A stretch of DNA of 64,000 nucleotides from Chlorokybus atmophyticus (taxonomy: Eukaryota; Plantae; Mesostigma and Chlorokybus algae): contig RHPI01000772.1 in assembly GCA_009103225.1 (NCBI GenBank), positions 289,538-353,537 of the forward strand, written 5' to 3'. This document shows positions 21,212-34,099 of this stretch, one piece after another (the first letter of the stretch is position 1; each line of letters starts with the position of its first letter). A program made the translations under genes and the position numbers. The notes beneath the pieces are model-generated. The model did no database searches. It was not told where the DNA came from and worked only from the letters and a program-made list of their open reading frames with translations.

Positions 21212-24200
21212 TGCAAGCGTCTTCAAGTCTCACGTCCACGTTCTCCGTGTGGACATGGAATGTTCGAGGCATGAACGGCAATCAGTCAAGCTTGGCAGGT
21301 GCATCTTCGCATGGTCGGCGTCACATATCGGCAATCACCCGCTTTCGCTTATGGCCTTCGACGAAGGATGGAGTCCTTCTTTTGCAAGAGACCAAACTAG
21401 GAACGTCACCAGCTGCTCAATGGACGGCGAAATGCTGTTGGCGAGGCCTGAGTGTGTGGGGCCCTGCGGAAGGCACACGCGGGGGGGTGGCAATCCCGTG
21501 CCCACCAGCTTGGCAGGACTATATCATTGACACAGGCGTGGCCGCCCCTGCTAGATACTTTTGGGTGCGTGTTCGTTGGTTTGGTGGAGTCCTTCTCCTC
21601 GCCAGTGTGTACACACCCTCGGACACGCGAGAGGCCAGAGACGCTTTCTTCTCTACACTCCCCTCTCTCCTCCCTCACGCGGATTGGTATTTGCTGGGTG
21701 GTGACTGGTACTGTGTGGAGGATGTGGATGAGGATTGCTCTCGCCACGGTAGACTCCCTAGCATGGAAGACGCAGGTGCTCTTCATGCGATGGTGGGGGA
21801 GATGGACTTGCATGATGTGTGGCGCAGCTGCAACTTTGGCACTCGCGCCTTCACTTGGGACAACAGGCGTGAGGCCACAGGCTTGCGCGCCTTGATCGGT
21901 TTTATGCTTCCGCCACTCTCAATACTTTCTTCGACAGCTCCTCAATCCTGCAGGAGGAGTGGCTGTCTGACCATAAGCCAGTACATTTATCTATACGCTC
22001 TAGCTCGGAAGTGGACCAGGGCCCGGGCTTGTGGAAGCTCAACCCCGCTCTTCTCAAGCGTTCTTCTTTTATGGCAGAGTTGGAAAGTCTGTAACAGCTG
22101 CACCGGCTTACCTCTCCGCACCCCGGGCAGGCCTACGTACAATGGTTGAAGCTGGGCTTGCGAAGGTTGCCATGATGGCGCGGCAGCACTGGCACACTGT
22201 ATGGCAACAACACAACAGGCAGCTACATCATCTGCAGGACCAGCTGGTCAGATGTGAGGCGGCGTTGTCTGCTAGTCCTGGAGACACAGCCATTCAACTA
22301 GAGCACTCCCGTCTACTGACTGATCTGGGTGCACTCTCTGGGGTGCTGCAAGAAGGTGCTGCAATGCGCTCAAGCGCCCGCTGGCGTCTTTAAGGGGAGC
22401 GGATGACCTCCTTCTTCTTTGCCCAAGGCCGTCCTCATACTCAAGCGCACGTGCTTCATTCTATCACTCATGCCCACGAGCCCTTGCTAACATCGGTGAC
22501 CAGCAATAGTGGTATGTTGGACGAGGTCTCAGCATTCTACCACAAGCTATACACCTCCTCGCCCTCCCCGCCAGCAGCAAAGGCAGCTGCAGCCCGACAG
22601 TGTTGGCAGGCATTGGATAGGAAGGTCTCCGCTCAGCAGGCTTAGGTCTTGGAGTCTCCATTGACGCTGCTTGAGTTGCACGCTGCACTACAGAGCATGC
22701 CCCCGCACAAAGCCCCAGGCAAGGACGGCCTCACCACGGCGTTCTGGCAGACTGCATGGCCTCTCTTAGGGGAGGAGTATTCTCTTTACTGTCAGCACGT
22801 TCAAGCGGAAGGGCGGTTGGGTGAAGGTCAGCGCGAGGGGGTCATCCTCATGTTGCACAAGTAAGGAGAACAGTCTGACCTTCGCAACTGGTGGCCCATC
22901 ACGCTGCTGCCCACCCACTACAAGATTCTGGCTAAAGCTCTAGCAGTTTGCGTGGCGCCTGTGCTTCCTACGGCAGTCCACCCGTCGCAGGCAGGCTTTG
23001 TGCGCCACAGGTACATCGTGGACAATGTGTTAGTGGCCCTGGACACTATGCAGCATGCTGCACACACAGGGCAGCGCGATGCTCTTCTCCTGCTAGACTT
23101 TGAGAAGGCATCCGACCGGTTAGACTGGCACATTCTAAATGGCGCGCTCTCGCATTTGGGCTTCGGCCCGACCTTTCTGCAATGGGAACGCACGATGAAT
23201 GGGGGGAGCTGGAGCTCGGTGCTAGTGTCTTCGCTCTGCACCGCAGTGTGCGACACGGCTGTCCATTGGCTCCCTCTCTTTTCATCCTTGCCACTGAGTG
23301 TTTGGGTGCTCTCCTCCGCATCACTCCTGAGGTTGAGGGTATACGGTTGCTGCAGGACTGCAGGACGAGGCCCACGAGCTAAAGTACACAGGATACGCGG
23401 AAGACACGGAGGTCTACATTGCTCTCACCCCAAGCAGCTTCCACGCCCTTCGCAAAGTCCTGCACCTGTATTGCTTGGCCTCGGATTCAGTCTCAACCTG
23501 AGGAAGTCAAAAGGCATTCTTCTAGGTCCTCCCTCGGATACCCCCCCCCCCCCCCCTGCGGGGTGCATTGGCTGTCAGCAGGGGAAGCGATCTCTCTTCT
23601 TGGTGTTCCCATGGGCATTTCTAACCACCAGGACCAGCTGTTCACCGAGGTGATAGCCAAGATGCGGCGCAAGCTTGAGCTATGGTCGCGCCAGCACTTA
23701 TCCTTGGTGGGGCGGGCTCTCACAGCCAACCAGACCGTCCTGTCATGTCTCTGGTATCTAGCAGCGATAGCCTCTCCCCCGGCGACGGATCTCAGACAGC
23801 TGACCGCCAACTGCAGGGGGGTACATATGGCGGCATGACCCCGAGCAGCGTGCCAGAGGCGGGCAAGTAAACTGGCCCACTGTTTGCTTGCCCAAGCGGC
23901 TTGGGGGCCTAGGGGTGCTGCACCGGACATGGCAAACCACGGCTTTACTAGCCAAGTGGGCTGCCCGCTTGATGGACCTCACATGGGCGGAATGGAAGGT
24001 GCTGGGCTTTCGTCAGGTTTACATGTGGGGTACTGAGCACCTCCCCTCACGGACAGGCCTTTCTCGCTTGATACGCTGGGTACCTGAAGGGGCGGCCCTG
24101 TACGTTGTCGGCCTGCCCATTCGGCACCTTCCGGTGCATTGGCGCAACATCTTTCAGGCGTGGATGCAGGTCCGCCCTGCTGCGCCGTCACCAACAAACT

Positions 24201-25604
24201 TTGATGAGGTTTTGAGACAACCTCTCTTTTACAATGCACACGTTGTGGACGGGCTCGGCCAGGTGGTGGGTGGCTTTCAGCCTTCCAGGCGCTACTGGCG
24301 GCACTGGGCAGAGGTAGGCTTTCTCACGGTGGCAACGCTTTGGGATAGTTGTTCTGCGTCGGCCATGTTCAGCTTCTACCCTTGCACTGTGGGTGCCCTT
24401 GGATGATAGGCCGGAAGAACACGCAGCCGAGCTGTGGAACCTCCTCCCGGCAGCTTGGCGCCTGCTGCTGCACGGCGGGAAAGGGTGTCCTACTGTCGGA
24501 GAGTGGTGGGGCCTTCTCACTCCTGATCACAAGGTCAGTGCGGCACTGCGTGCAGAGTCCACACACGGCCAGCTCTGCACCGGCTTGCTCTTTCCTCTTG
24601 TCGGCGATGAGGGAGACATCCTCGCCCCTCCCCCCCCCCGTTCACGACTGGCATCTCCACGTTGCAGCGCATCCGGGTCCTGCTAGAGCCTGTGCGCTGG
24701 CGAGGCAAGCCCGCCATCGGCTCCCCGGCATGGTTGGCATTGCCCGACACTCAACGCTATCTGGGGTGGCGTGTAGCGGGGGGAGCTCCCTTGCACATGC
24801 TCCACATGGACCCGGCGTTGTCTATATGGGGAACGCAGGCGTCTTCCCCGCAGCAACCCCTCTCATTATGGGATTACACGGTCAAGTTCGGCTACACCCT
24901 CCTCAGCACAGCGCACGCACACCGGGCGCCTGCATTGCGCCGATGGGACCTTGAGCAACACCCGGTATCATGGCCGGCTCACTGGTCGCGCCTGCACAAG
25001 ACACCCTTGGCGGCCAAGCACCGTTCTTTCTTATGGCTATTGTCACACCGGGCATTGCACACAGGTGACAGCATCGCGAAGATGAACCTTTCTGGGGAGT
25101 GTATGTCATGCTCTCGGCAATGTCTTGAGACTCCCGAGCACCTCTTCCTTCGCTACTCGCTGGTCCGTGCAGTCTGGGCTTGGGCCTTTGCTTGGAATGG
25201 AGACGCCTTGGCGGCTCCCCTTTTCCCTCTCCTTTTCCCAGCTGTTTCACACTTCGTTTCCCAGTTCTCACACACAGCTCCATCTGGTGTGGTTGACTCT
25301 TTGCGCATTGACTCTCTGGCACATCTGGGTGGCCAGGTGTTCGGTAATGTACTCAGGTTCCTCTCCCTCCTCGATTGTCATCGTGTGCTCTCTCGCTTCC
25401 AGTGTTCAGGTTTGGGCCAAGGAGGAGTGGCTTCTAGTCACGTTCTCGCGACAGGAAGACATTCGACTTGCTCGTTTCACAGCCTTCACGGACTCGTGGG
25501 CTTGCCACTCTATCCTCTGCTCTACAGCCTGGGCTTCTCCTCTTCCTCGGATACACTGGCATACTCTAGATACTAGTGTTCGTGATGTGTTCTCTATTGA
25601 TTAG
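21211..25604 (+). pseudogene. LINE ORF2 (APE endonuclease, RT, zf-RVT)
   Basis: WTWNVRG, LLQETK, LLGGDW, SDHKPV; RT PITLL..YKILAKAL, QAGFV, LDFEKASD, VRHGCPLAPSLF, YAED; C-terminal CMSC...ETPEHL and LWHIW; multiple stops and frameshifts. Confidence 0.92.
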
Positions 25605-28600
25605 CATGTACTAGCCTTTTTGTCGCCTCAAACTCTTGCATGTTTCTTCTTCATACATTTCTCTTGTTAAAATTAAAAAAAAAACAAAGGAAAATGAAAG
25701 AGAACATGCGATTTTGCTGCATCACCCTACGGAACGGGTTTGACGGGATTTTGGGACTACTGTGGCTATGGCAACATAATTCATCCATTAATTGGAGGAA
25801 GCGCATGCTCACCATCGAACGAAATGGTGAAGAGTCCATTCAAGCTGCGTCGGACGTCATTGAGGCGCGGCACGCACAATCAGGTGGTACGACGACTGAC
25901 CAAATCTCTAATGTGCAATTGAGGAAGTTATTGTCTCCACGGAAGGCAAAGGCTGTATGGTTGTGCGTGGTGCGTGAAAACACTGCAAAGTCAGCACCGG
26001 AGCTAAGTGACGATGTTAAGATGGCTACGATGGACCCCAAGGTGTGTAAACTTGTTAAAGAGTACCAAGATATCATGGTGGACGGACTTCCATCTGGTCT
26101 ACCACCTCCACGGAGCGTAGACCACCGTGTGGAGCTGATTGAGGGCGTGCACAAGCCACCGTATCGACCCGTATACAAGTTGTCACCTTTGGAGCTGAAA
26201 GAGGCCGAGAGGCAGGTGGGGGACTTGCTGAAAAGAGGCTACATCAGGCCTACAACATCACGAAGAGGAATTGCTTTCCACTCCCATGTATTGACAAGTT
26301 GCTGGAGCAAGTGCAAGGTGCGCAGTATTTCACAACACTTGATCTTGCTGGAGGTTATCACCAAATCCGCATCGCGCCCGAGGATGTGGAGAAAACAGCT
26401 TTTAACACACGTTATGGGCACTACGAGTGGTTGGTTATGTTTTTCGGACTTACGAATGCGCCGGCAACTGTTTAAACGCTAATGAACAGCGTTTTCGCTG
26501 ACTTGATTGGTAAGGGAGTCCTCGTGTACCTCAACGACCATTTGGTGTACGCGAAGACAAAAGAGGAGCACGTGGCACTTCTACGGCGCGTGTTGCAGCG
26601 TTTGCGCGAACACAAGGTGTACGCCCAGCTACAAAAGTGCAAGTTCTTGCTTCGAGAGGTAGAGTACCTAGGCCACATCGTGTCGCATGAAGGCATCAAG
26701 CCGGACCCCAACAAAGTGCAGGTGGTGCGCGAGTGGGCTTCCCTGACCAACGTAAAGGAGGTGATGTCTTTTTTGGGCCTTGCGGGATATTATCGCAAGT
26801 ATACCATGGGGTTTTCGCGCATAGCTGCTCCCTTGATTGCCCTACTCAAGAAGGGAAAGCCTTGAAGCTGGTCAGCAACAGAGGAACATGCATTTGCTGC
26901 GTTGAAGAAAGGCGCTGACGGAGGCACCAATCCTGGCTCACCCCGACATGGAAAAGACATTTATTTTGGCTTGCGACGCGTCCGACACAGCCGTAGGAGC
27001 TGTTTTGCAGCAAGACCATGGCAACGGCCTTCAACCGGTAGCAATTTTCAGCAAGAAGATGAGTGGTGCGGAGCTGAATTACCCCGTGCACGAGAAGGAA
27101 CTTTGGCGCAAGTAATGGCGCTACGACAATGGCGTTGTTTTCTGGAAGGCAAAAAGTTCATGCTTGAGACGGATCACTCTCCACTGAGGTACTTACAAAC
27201 ACAACCTCATGCAAGTCGCAGACAAGCACGATGGCTGAGTTCTTTCAACTTTTTAACTTCGATACCAAGTACAAGCCCGGTACGTCAAATGGTGTTGCTG
27301 ACGCGCTGAGCCGGCTTAATGCAAATGAGGCACTCGCTCAAGTGCAGCCCGAGTGGACTGACCGGATTCGGCAAGTGCTTCGTGAAGACATGGAGGGTAT
27401 GAAAGTGTTGCAAGAGCTGAAAAGTGCAGCTACGGACACAAGTGGGCATTGGTCAATGCGCGACGGGCTGCTATGGCACCACGGGCGCTTGTACATCCCC
27501 AATGTCGCGCATATCCGTGTGAAGTTGCTGAAGGAAGCCCATGACGTGCCCATTGCTGGTTACCAAGGGTTAGAGAGAACTTTGGCAAGCTTGAAGCAGC
27601 GTTTTTACTGGCGAGAGATGCATCGCGATGTGCGCGACTACGTGGCGTTGTGCGACGCATGCCAAAAGGTGAAGGCAAGCAACCAAAAGCCAGGTGGGTT
27701 GCTGCAACCTCTCCCTGTGCCATTGTGCAAGTGGGAGCAAGTTACCATGGACTTGATCACGGGGCTACCAAAAACAAAAGAAGGGTACGACGCTATACTT
27801 GTGTTCGTTGACAAAACTAGCAAAATGTAGATTTTGGGAGGCGCTGCATAGTGCACTGGGTACCACACTGAAGTTTAGCACGGCATGCCACCCCCAAACT
27901 GACGGGCAAACGGAACGGGCCAACTGTGTGATCGAGGACATGCTGCGTTGCTACGCTAACGCGCGACAAGACAATGGGGCGGAGCTGCTTAAGTTGGTGG
28001 AGTTTGCGATCAACAACCACCACAATGCAAGCACAGGTGTCACTCCCTGCCTTATGAACTACGGGCAACATCCATAGACACCGTTGACTGCATGGACACC
28101 GCGACGACATGACGTGCGTGTGGAGGCAGTTAATGACTTTCTCACAAAGTGCGCGGACATTAATAAGGCAGCTAGGGAGGCGCTATTTGTGGCATAATAC
28201 AGGCAGAAAAGCAGTACGCGGACGCGCATCGCCGACACCTCACCTTTCAGGAAGGCGACATTGTGTTACTCTTCGCGAAGCATGTACAGGTGCGTACGGG
28301 AGTTAGCAAGCTGAATAAACGCTGGTTGAGACCATTTAAGGTCAGCAAAGTTATTTCGGACGTGGCGTACAAGCTGGAGCTACCCGAAACCATGCGTGTG
28401 CACCCCGTTTTTCACGTCTCCCTTCTAAAGGCATATCGAGGACAACCGCCAGAAAGGCCGCCCCCCAAAGTTGGCACGGATGGTGAACCAGAGTGGGAGG
28501 TAGAAGACATCCTTGGTGAGAAGTTTGTGCACGGCGTGCGCAAGTTCTTAGTTAAATGGAAGGGCAATCTATTGCATGAAGCATCCTGGGAGCCAGAGGC

Positions 28601-29459
28601 ACACTTGGCTAATGCTCGAGACGTTGTGCGCGACTATTTTGCTCGACGACAACCTCGCGAGCTTCGAGGACGAAGCTCACCTAGGGGGGGAGGAGTATAA
28701 CAGACATGGCCAAATCTCGTGATTTTCATGGCCATTTTAGGCCTTATTTGTGAGATACCATGTTATTCATGACTTGTGGCGGATATCGGCGAGTTGCGAG
28801 TCTGCCGCAGATATCGACCGGCTCAGGGCCAGTCTGGAAGACGCCAGACTGCCAAACGCCATAACGGAGGGCCAGTCGAGAAGGGCTCGACCAGATTTCT
28901 GGAAGGGCCTGGCGCCAAGTATCATAACTTGACCATATGAGCAGCAAATGAGGAGATCTTTGGTGCGTCGGGAAGGTCTAGAAGTGTACTACAAGATTCT
29001 GCAAGAATATCTTAGCTTCTAGTGCCGCCTAGCGCTAGAATCGTCTAAACAGTAGCATGTGCAGACTGATAGGTATAAAAGTGACATTCTACAATTTGCA
29101 ATACAACCTTTAGCTCCCTAGTTTCTTGTGTGCAAGCTTGGCGGTGGTTAGCAGGGGTTGCTAGCGTGTGTCCACTGGTGTGTGCTTGCTTGTGTGACGA
29201 TCCAAGGCGCTACACGAGTCGGTGTGTAGTTTGGAGCGCATGCGCGTGCGTACGCGAGTGGCGAGGCGCGCGTGTGTGCTTGGCAGAGGGGGCAAGGTTC
29301 CGGTGTGAATACCGTGTCTTGGTGAGAGGGTTGTTGATTGGACCAACTCACAGGTGACAAGACACGAGCACCGTCACATTGCTGCACTTGTCTTTGGTGT
29401 GTGCACACTTGTATGTGGGGGGGCATACACACACACTAGGTGCATCACTAGTTCTCAAC

Positions 29460-30480
29460 ACCATTACTTTATTGAAAATGTTTGGAGGAGTCGGCAGTAG
29501 ATTAGCAACCGTGCTAAGCGTGGGCATCCCAGTCAGCAATAACTTCTGCTACAACCCAAGCCCGCAAGCACAGACCGCAGTGTTTCATTACCTGTTTTAA
29601 ATGCGCAAGGAGTTCCTACTGCTGGAGCCGTGCGCACCTGCAGGCAGCCTTCGTGCCTTACCTCAAGACAATCGCCTCATTACAGGGGAACACATGCTGG
29701 CAAGGGGGGGTTGACCTCATCGTATGCGGATGGGAATGTTAAGGGCACTCATGCGGAGGCAAAGGGAGTTGACCTGCAATACCCAAGGTTTAAGTTGTTT
29801 GGGAGTTGGTGCGCATCATACATACACTTCAGTAGCACCATGACAGACCTCCAACATACCTTCATGAGAACGTCTGTGCTCAAGATGACCGATGCGGCAA
29901 TGTGCGTGCCGACTACGAACAAGTTGCACAATGCTCGGCGCACCCATGGTAATCAACGCTGCTGCTCACGGCTCTCGTGCCCGCGAGTTGCACAGCATGT
30001 GGACAAACCTTAATAATGCAGAAGACTTGGCAGCAGCTCAACTTATGTCCGTTAGGCCCCTTGGCCTACAAGTTCAAGACATCTTGGCTCCTGGGGCTAC
30101 ACCTTAATCGGACACTCGTCCAGACAACATGTCACAGCCCACTCGACCATAGAAGACTTGATGCTTTTATGGTCGATTTGTGTTTATTTAATGAACTTTT
30201 CCGTTACACAACAAGCACTTTCACCCATGCAACAAGGTTGGTCATCATGTGGCTGCCTTGCCAACATTGTTGGCTTACAGAGGCTCACATTTATTTTGCA
30301 ATGGCAACATTGGTATGGTTTAAAATAGAAGTCTCAACTATCTGCGAGAACCTCTGGCCACTGAACGCGAGTTGGCAATGGGATTTTGGCCTGATGCCAT
30401 CACGCATGCTCTTAAGCTGGCAAAACGCAACTACCGAGAGCTACCTGCTCGCGCCATGGACCAGAAGAAGCATGATTTGG
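29460..30480 (+). pseudogene. DNMT3-like C5 cytosine methyltransferase domain inside the gypsy pol
   Basis: Motifs in canonical order: I ITLLKMFGGVGS (29463-29498); IV VDLIVCGWEC*GHS (Cys 29737); VI PPTYLHENV (ENV 29866-29874); VIII LGAPMVINAAAHGSRARELHSMWTNL (29934-30011); IX REPLATERELAMGF (30345-30386); X RELPARAMD (30435-30461). Confidence 0.85.
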
Positions 30481-30571
30481 TTGCTAAAGCATGCTAAAAC
30501 ATGCTGAGCCCTTCAATACAGCTATTTGCCACGCCAATCACCCTGGCCAAACGCTAGGGGGCGGGGGGAAA

Positions 30572-31128
30572 NNNNNNNNNNNNNNNNNNNNNNNNNNNNN
30601 NNNNNNNNNNNNNNNNNNNNNNNNNNNNNNNNNNNNNNNNNNNNNNNNNNNNNNNNNNNNNNNNNNNNNNNNNNNNNNNNNNNNNNNNNNNNNNNNNNNN
30701 NNNNNNNNNNNNNNNNNNNNNNNNNNNNNNNNNNNNNNNNNNNNNNNNNNNNNNNNNNNNNNNNNNNNNNNNNNNNNNNNNNNNNNNNNNNNNNNNNNNN
30801 NNNNNNNNNNNNNNNNNNNNNNNNNNNNNNNNNNNNNNNNNNNNNNNNNNNNNNNNNNNNNNNNNNNNNNNNNNNNNNNNNNNNNNNNNNNNNNNNNNNN
30901 NNNNNNNNNNNNNNNNNNNNNNNNNNNNNNNNNNNNNNNNNNNNNNNNNNNNNNNNNNNNNNNNNNNNNNNNNNNNNNNNNNNNNNNNNNNNNNNNNNNN
31001 NNNNNNNNNNNNNNNNNNNNNNNNNNNNNNNNNNNNNNNNNNNNNNNNNNNNNNNNNNNNNNNNNNNNNNNNNNNNNNNNNNNNNNNNNNNNNNNNNNNN
31101 NNNNNNNNNNNNNNNNNNNNNNNNNNNN
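30572..31128. other. Assembly gap (N run) between the DNMT and RT regions
   Basis: 557 N flanked by G-rich tracts. Confidence 1.
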
Positions 31129-34099
31129 GGGGGGGGGGGGGGGGGCGTGAAAACTAGGGACCCATTATTCATCTGCATGGGTATTCACGGCGTCGAATCT
31201 AAAGCACTTGAGGAAGAGCTTGACGCCCCTCCCTCACAGCTACGAACCGGAGCAAGAAGGTTGGCGTATTTGCTGTATGGCCTCCGACAACGTTGAGGAC
31301 AAGTTAGAGCCTCTCGTTCAAGAGCACAAGACACAATTTGCACATTCACTCAAAGACTAGGCAAGTGCACCTTCATGAATTCACTATTGACTTGGACACA
31401 CCTGGGCCCATCTTCCGCAGGAAGCATCCGTTGGCAAAGATTGACGTGGAGCTCATTAAGACCAACTGCAAAAAGCTGCTGGACGCAGGATTCACTCAAG
31501 AAGCAACACCCAGCACACAATATGCAGCAGCAACCGTCATGCGCATGAAGAAGGATGAGCAAGGACAATGGACACAACGGCGCATGTGCGGCGATATCGC
31601 AATCTTCGCAACCACATTGTGCGGGATCGCTACTGCATGTATACACCTGATGAGATTTTTTACATTTGCACCTGTAAGTACTTTTTAATGTTGGATATGC
31701 GCTATGAGTTTCATCAAATCGGCATCCAGGCGGAGGACAAGTGTAAAACCGTTTCTTGGGGCACCCAACATTGTATCAATAAAAGGTTATGCCTTTAGGG
31801 AGAATGCACCTGCCGTCTTCCACCGCATAATGGACAAAATCCTTCATGGGCTAGACAACTCCATGTGTTACATCGATGACATCCACACTGCTAAAGCGAA
31901 CCTGCAGCACATCGAAGAGGTATTGCACAGACCAAAGAAGCACGGGCTAACAGCACACTCTTAGAAATGTACCCTTTTTGCTGACAGGATTCCATACCTC
32001 GGCCACCTTATTCTCCCCAACGGAGCGATGGTGCAGCAGGCAAAAGTGGATGTGTTGCTGAAGGTGCCACTACCCACGGACATCTCGCGGCTGCATGCCT
32101 TCCTTGATCTTGCCAACTACTACCGACGGTTTATGCTCAACTTCTCCAGGTTGGCCAACCCCTCGATGACCTGCTGAACAAGGCCAGCACTTAGCACTGG
32201 GGTGAAGCCGAGCAACAAGCCTTCAAGGCGCTAAAAGGCCACCCGCAGTAGGCCCCCATCCTGGCGCGCTCTGACTACAGTGAGCCCCTCATACTCCACA
32301 CCGACTATAGTCGGCTTGGGCTGGGTGCGGTGCTCTGCCAGAAGAATATAAAGGGCAAGGAACAGGTCACTGACCTGTTCCTTGCCATTTGGCATTGCCT
32401 ACCAGCCAAAGTAATAACGCTGCAGAAGCTAACTACATCATCTATGAAGGGGAGCAGCTTGCAGCTGTTTGGGCCATTCCTGTTCTGTTCTTTCGGCCAT
32501 TCCTTTTCGACTACAAGTTCGAGCAAGTAATTGACCACCAGCCCCTGCAATGGCTTCTCTCTCTCTCTCACAAGCAACAAACTCACTGGCAAGCACGCGT
32601 GTTGGGCCTTGCTGCTGCAGGAATACGAATTTACCAATACCCACAAGGCGGGCATTGTCAACACTGATGCTGATGGCTTGAGTCGCAACCCCAACCCCGA
32701 CACGGTGGATGCCACTGGCGCCCGATACAACGGTGACACCCCGCAAAGACGCCGTGTTGGTCGTAGCAGCTAGCATACCCGCCGAGGCCCGCAACTCAAT
32801 GCTCAGGGCCACCATACCCTCTGCAAGTGAAAGAGACATTTGGATGTATGAGCTCACCTTGCAGCTGGTCAAAACAAGAGCTCTGCTAATTAAGCTGGAC
32901 CACAAAGCTGACCGCGCGCAGCACCATTAAAAGAAAAACACTTGGGACAACGACGCCCTGTGACGCATTATAAATTATGGCCAGCGTAAGGAGGTTCCGC
33001 CACCCAACCGCCGGGCGTCCATCACCTCCAACTTGCATTACCAGCTTGGGCACTTCCGCATGAAGCGCAATGCCCAACATGGTGCATGGTGACTACTGGT
33101 GGGACGGACTTGCACGCAAAGTTGCAAAGGTGTTGAGACAGTGTAAGCCCTGCAATCGCATCCGGGCAAGCTTCTCACATCGCCACCCTCAGCTGCACCC
33201 CTTGCCCATTATGGGCTTGGTCAGCGCTGGAGCATGGACCTTGCAGGCGAGCTACCCGTCATTCGTCGCGGCAACGTATACATACTTGTCGCCATCGAAC
33301 ATTTCAGCAAGTGGGTGGAGATACCTTTACCAGAAAAGACAGTAGCGACGGTGATGCGGGCTTACCTGGAGCATATTCTCACCGAATCTGGTGCATGTGC
33401 AGTGCTGCTTACTAACAACGGCACCGATTTCAAGGGAAGTTCGACATTCTGCGCAACCGCTCACTTATCGATCACCGCCGCACCAGCCGTGATCATCCTC
33501 AGGCGGATGGCCTGGAAGAGAGGATGGTGCAAACAGTCAAGTCAAGAAAGCGCTCCGTTGCTACTGTGTGACCCACCGGCAGGAGAAAAGAAGAGTGGGA
33601 TGATTTTCTGGTTTGGCTCGCGCTTGGGAACCGCTGCACGAGCCAACAGCCTTGCGTAGCTTTAGCCTATGTTTCCTCATGTTCTGGCGGGAACCGCCGC
33701 TGCCCTTTCGCATCCGTCACGCGACACAAGCAATGGAGGACATCATCAACAAACCCACTGACATGATGGAGGTGTCGACAACCCGGGCTACAGTGCTCAC
33801 AGCCTTTGTGCCCATGGCTTTTGCCAACCTCAAGAGTGCGCAACAACGGGACAAGCAGCGCGACACACACGTAGCGGGGGCTATATAACATAGACACGCA
33901 ACGCTTGAGACTATTTTTACCCAAAAAAGCAAACCAAAGACACTTTAGACCCGGCCAACTACGGCACCGTATGCAAGATGGTACAAGTGTGCGCTCAAGG
34001 CACACTGTCATTGCGGGACCCCTCTGGTGGCACCGAGATGAACCACGTGCAAAACTGCTTCCCTTGTCACCCCCCGTACGTTAAAGGCCTTAGCAAACC

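Larger units (their letters stand above)
17869..25688 (+). mobile_element. Full-length L1-clade LINE (non-LTR retrotransposon), decayed
   Basis: 19-bp TSD GGAAGATGAAGGAGAACAT (17850-17868) / GGAAAATGAAAGAGAACAT (25689-25707, 2 mismatches); A-rich tail 25669-25688; ORF1 and ORF2 present. Confidence 0.93.
17465..28700 (+). pseudogene. Chromovirus pol (protease, RT, RNaseH, integrase, chromodomain), split by the LINE
   Basis: Protease LIIDSGANSNFIS (~17681). After the LINE: FDGILGL, DHRVEL, RT VYLNDHLVY (26527), EVEYLGH, FLGLAGYYRK, RNaseH ETDHSPL, integrase zinc finger and WEQVTMDLITGLP, HPQTDGQTER, VHPVFHVSLL, chromodomain WEVEDIL...FLVKWKG...SWEPEAHL (~28490-28640). Internal deletions and stops. 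Confidence 0.92.
15697..29378 (+). mobile_element. Ty3/gypsy chromovirus, full length but decayed, interrupted by a LINE
   Basis: LTRs 15697-16366 and 28696-29378 (~95% identical by manual count, one indel). Perfect 5-bp TSD TTGCT. PBS TGGTATCAGAGC (tRNA-iMet) at 16369-16380. PPT AGGGGGGGAGGAG before the 3' LTR. Confidence 0.95.
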
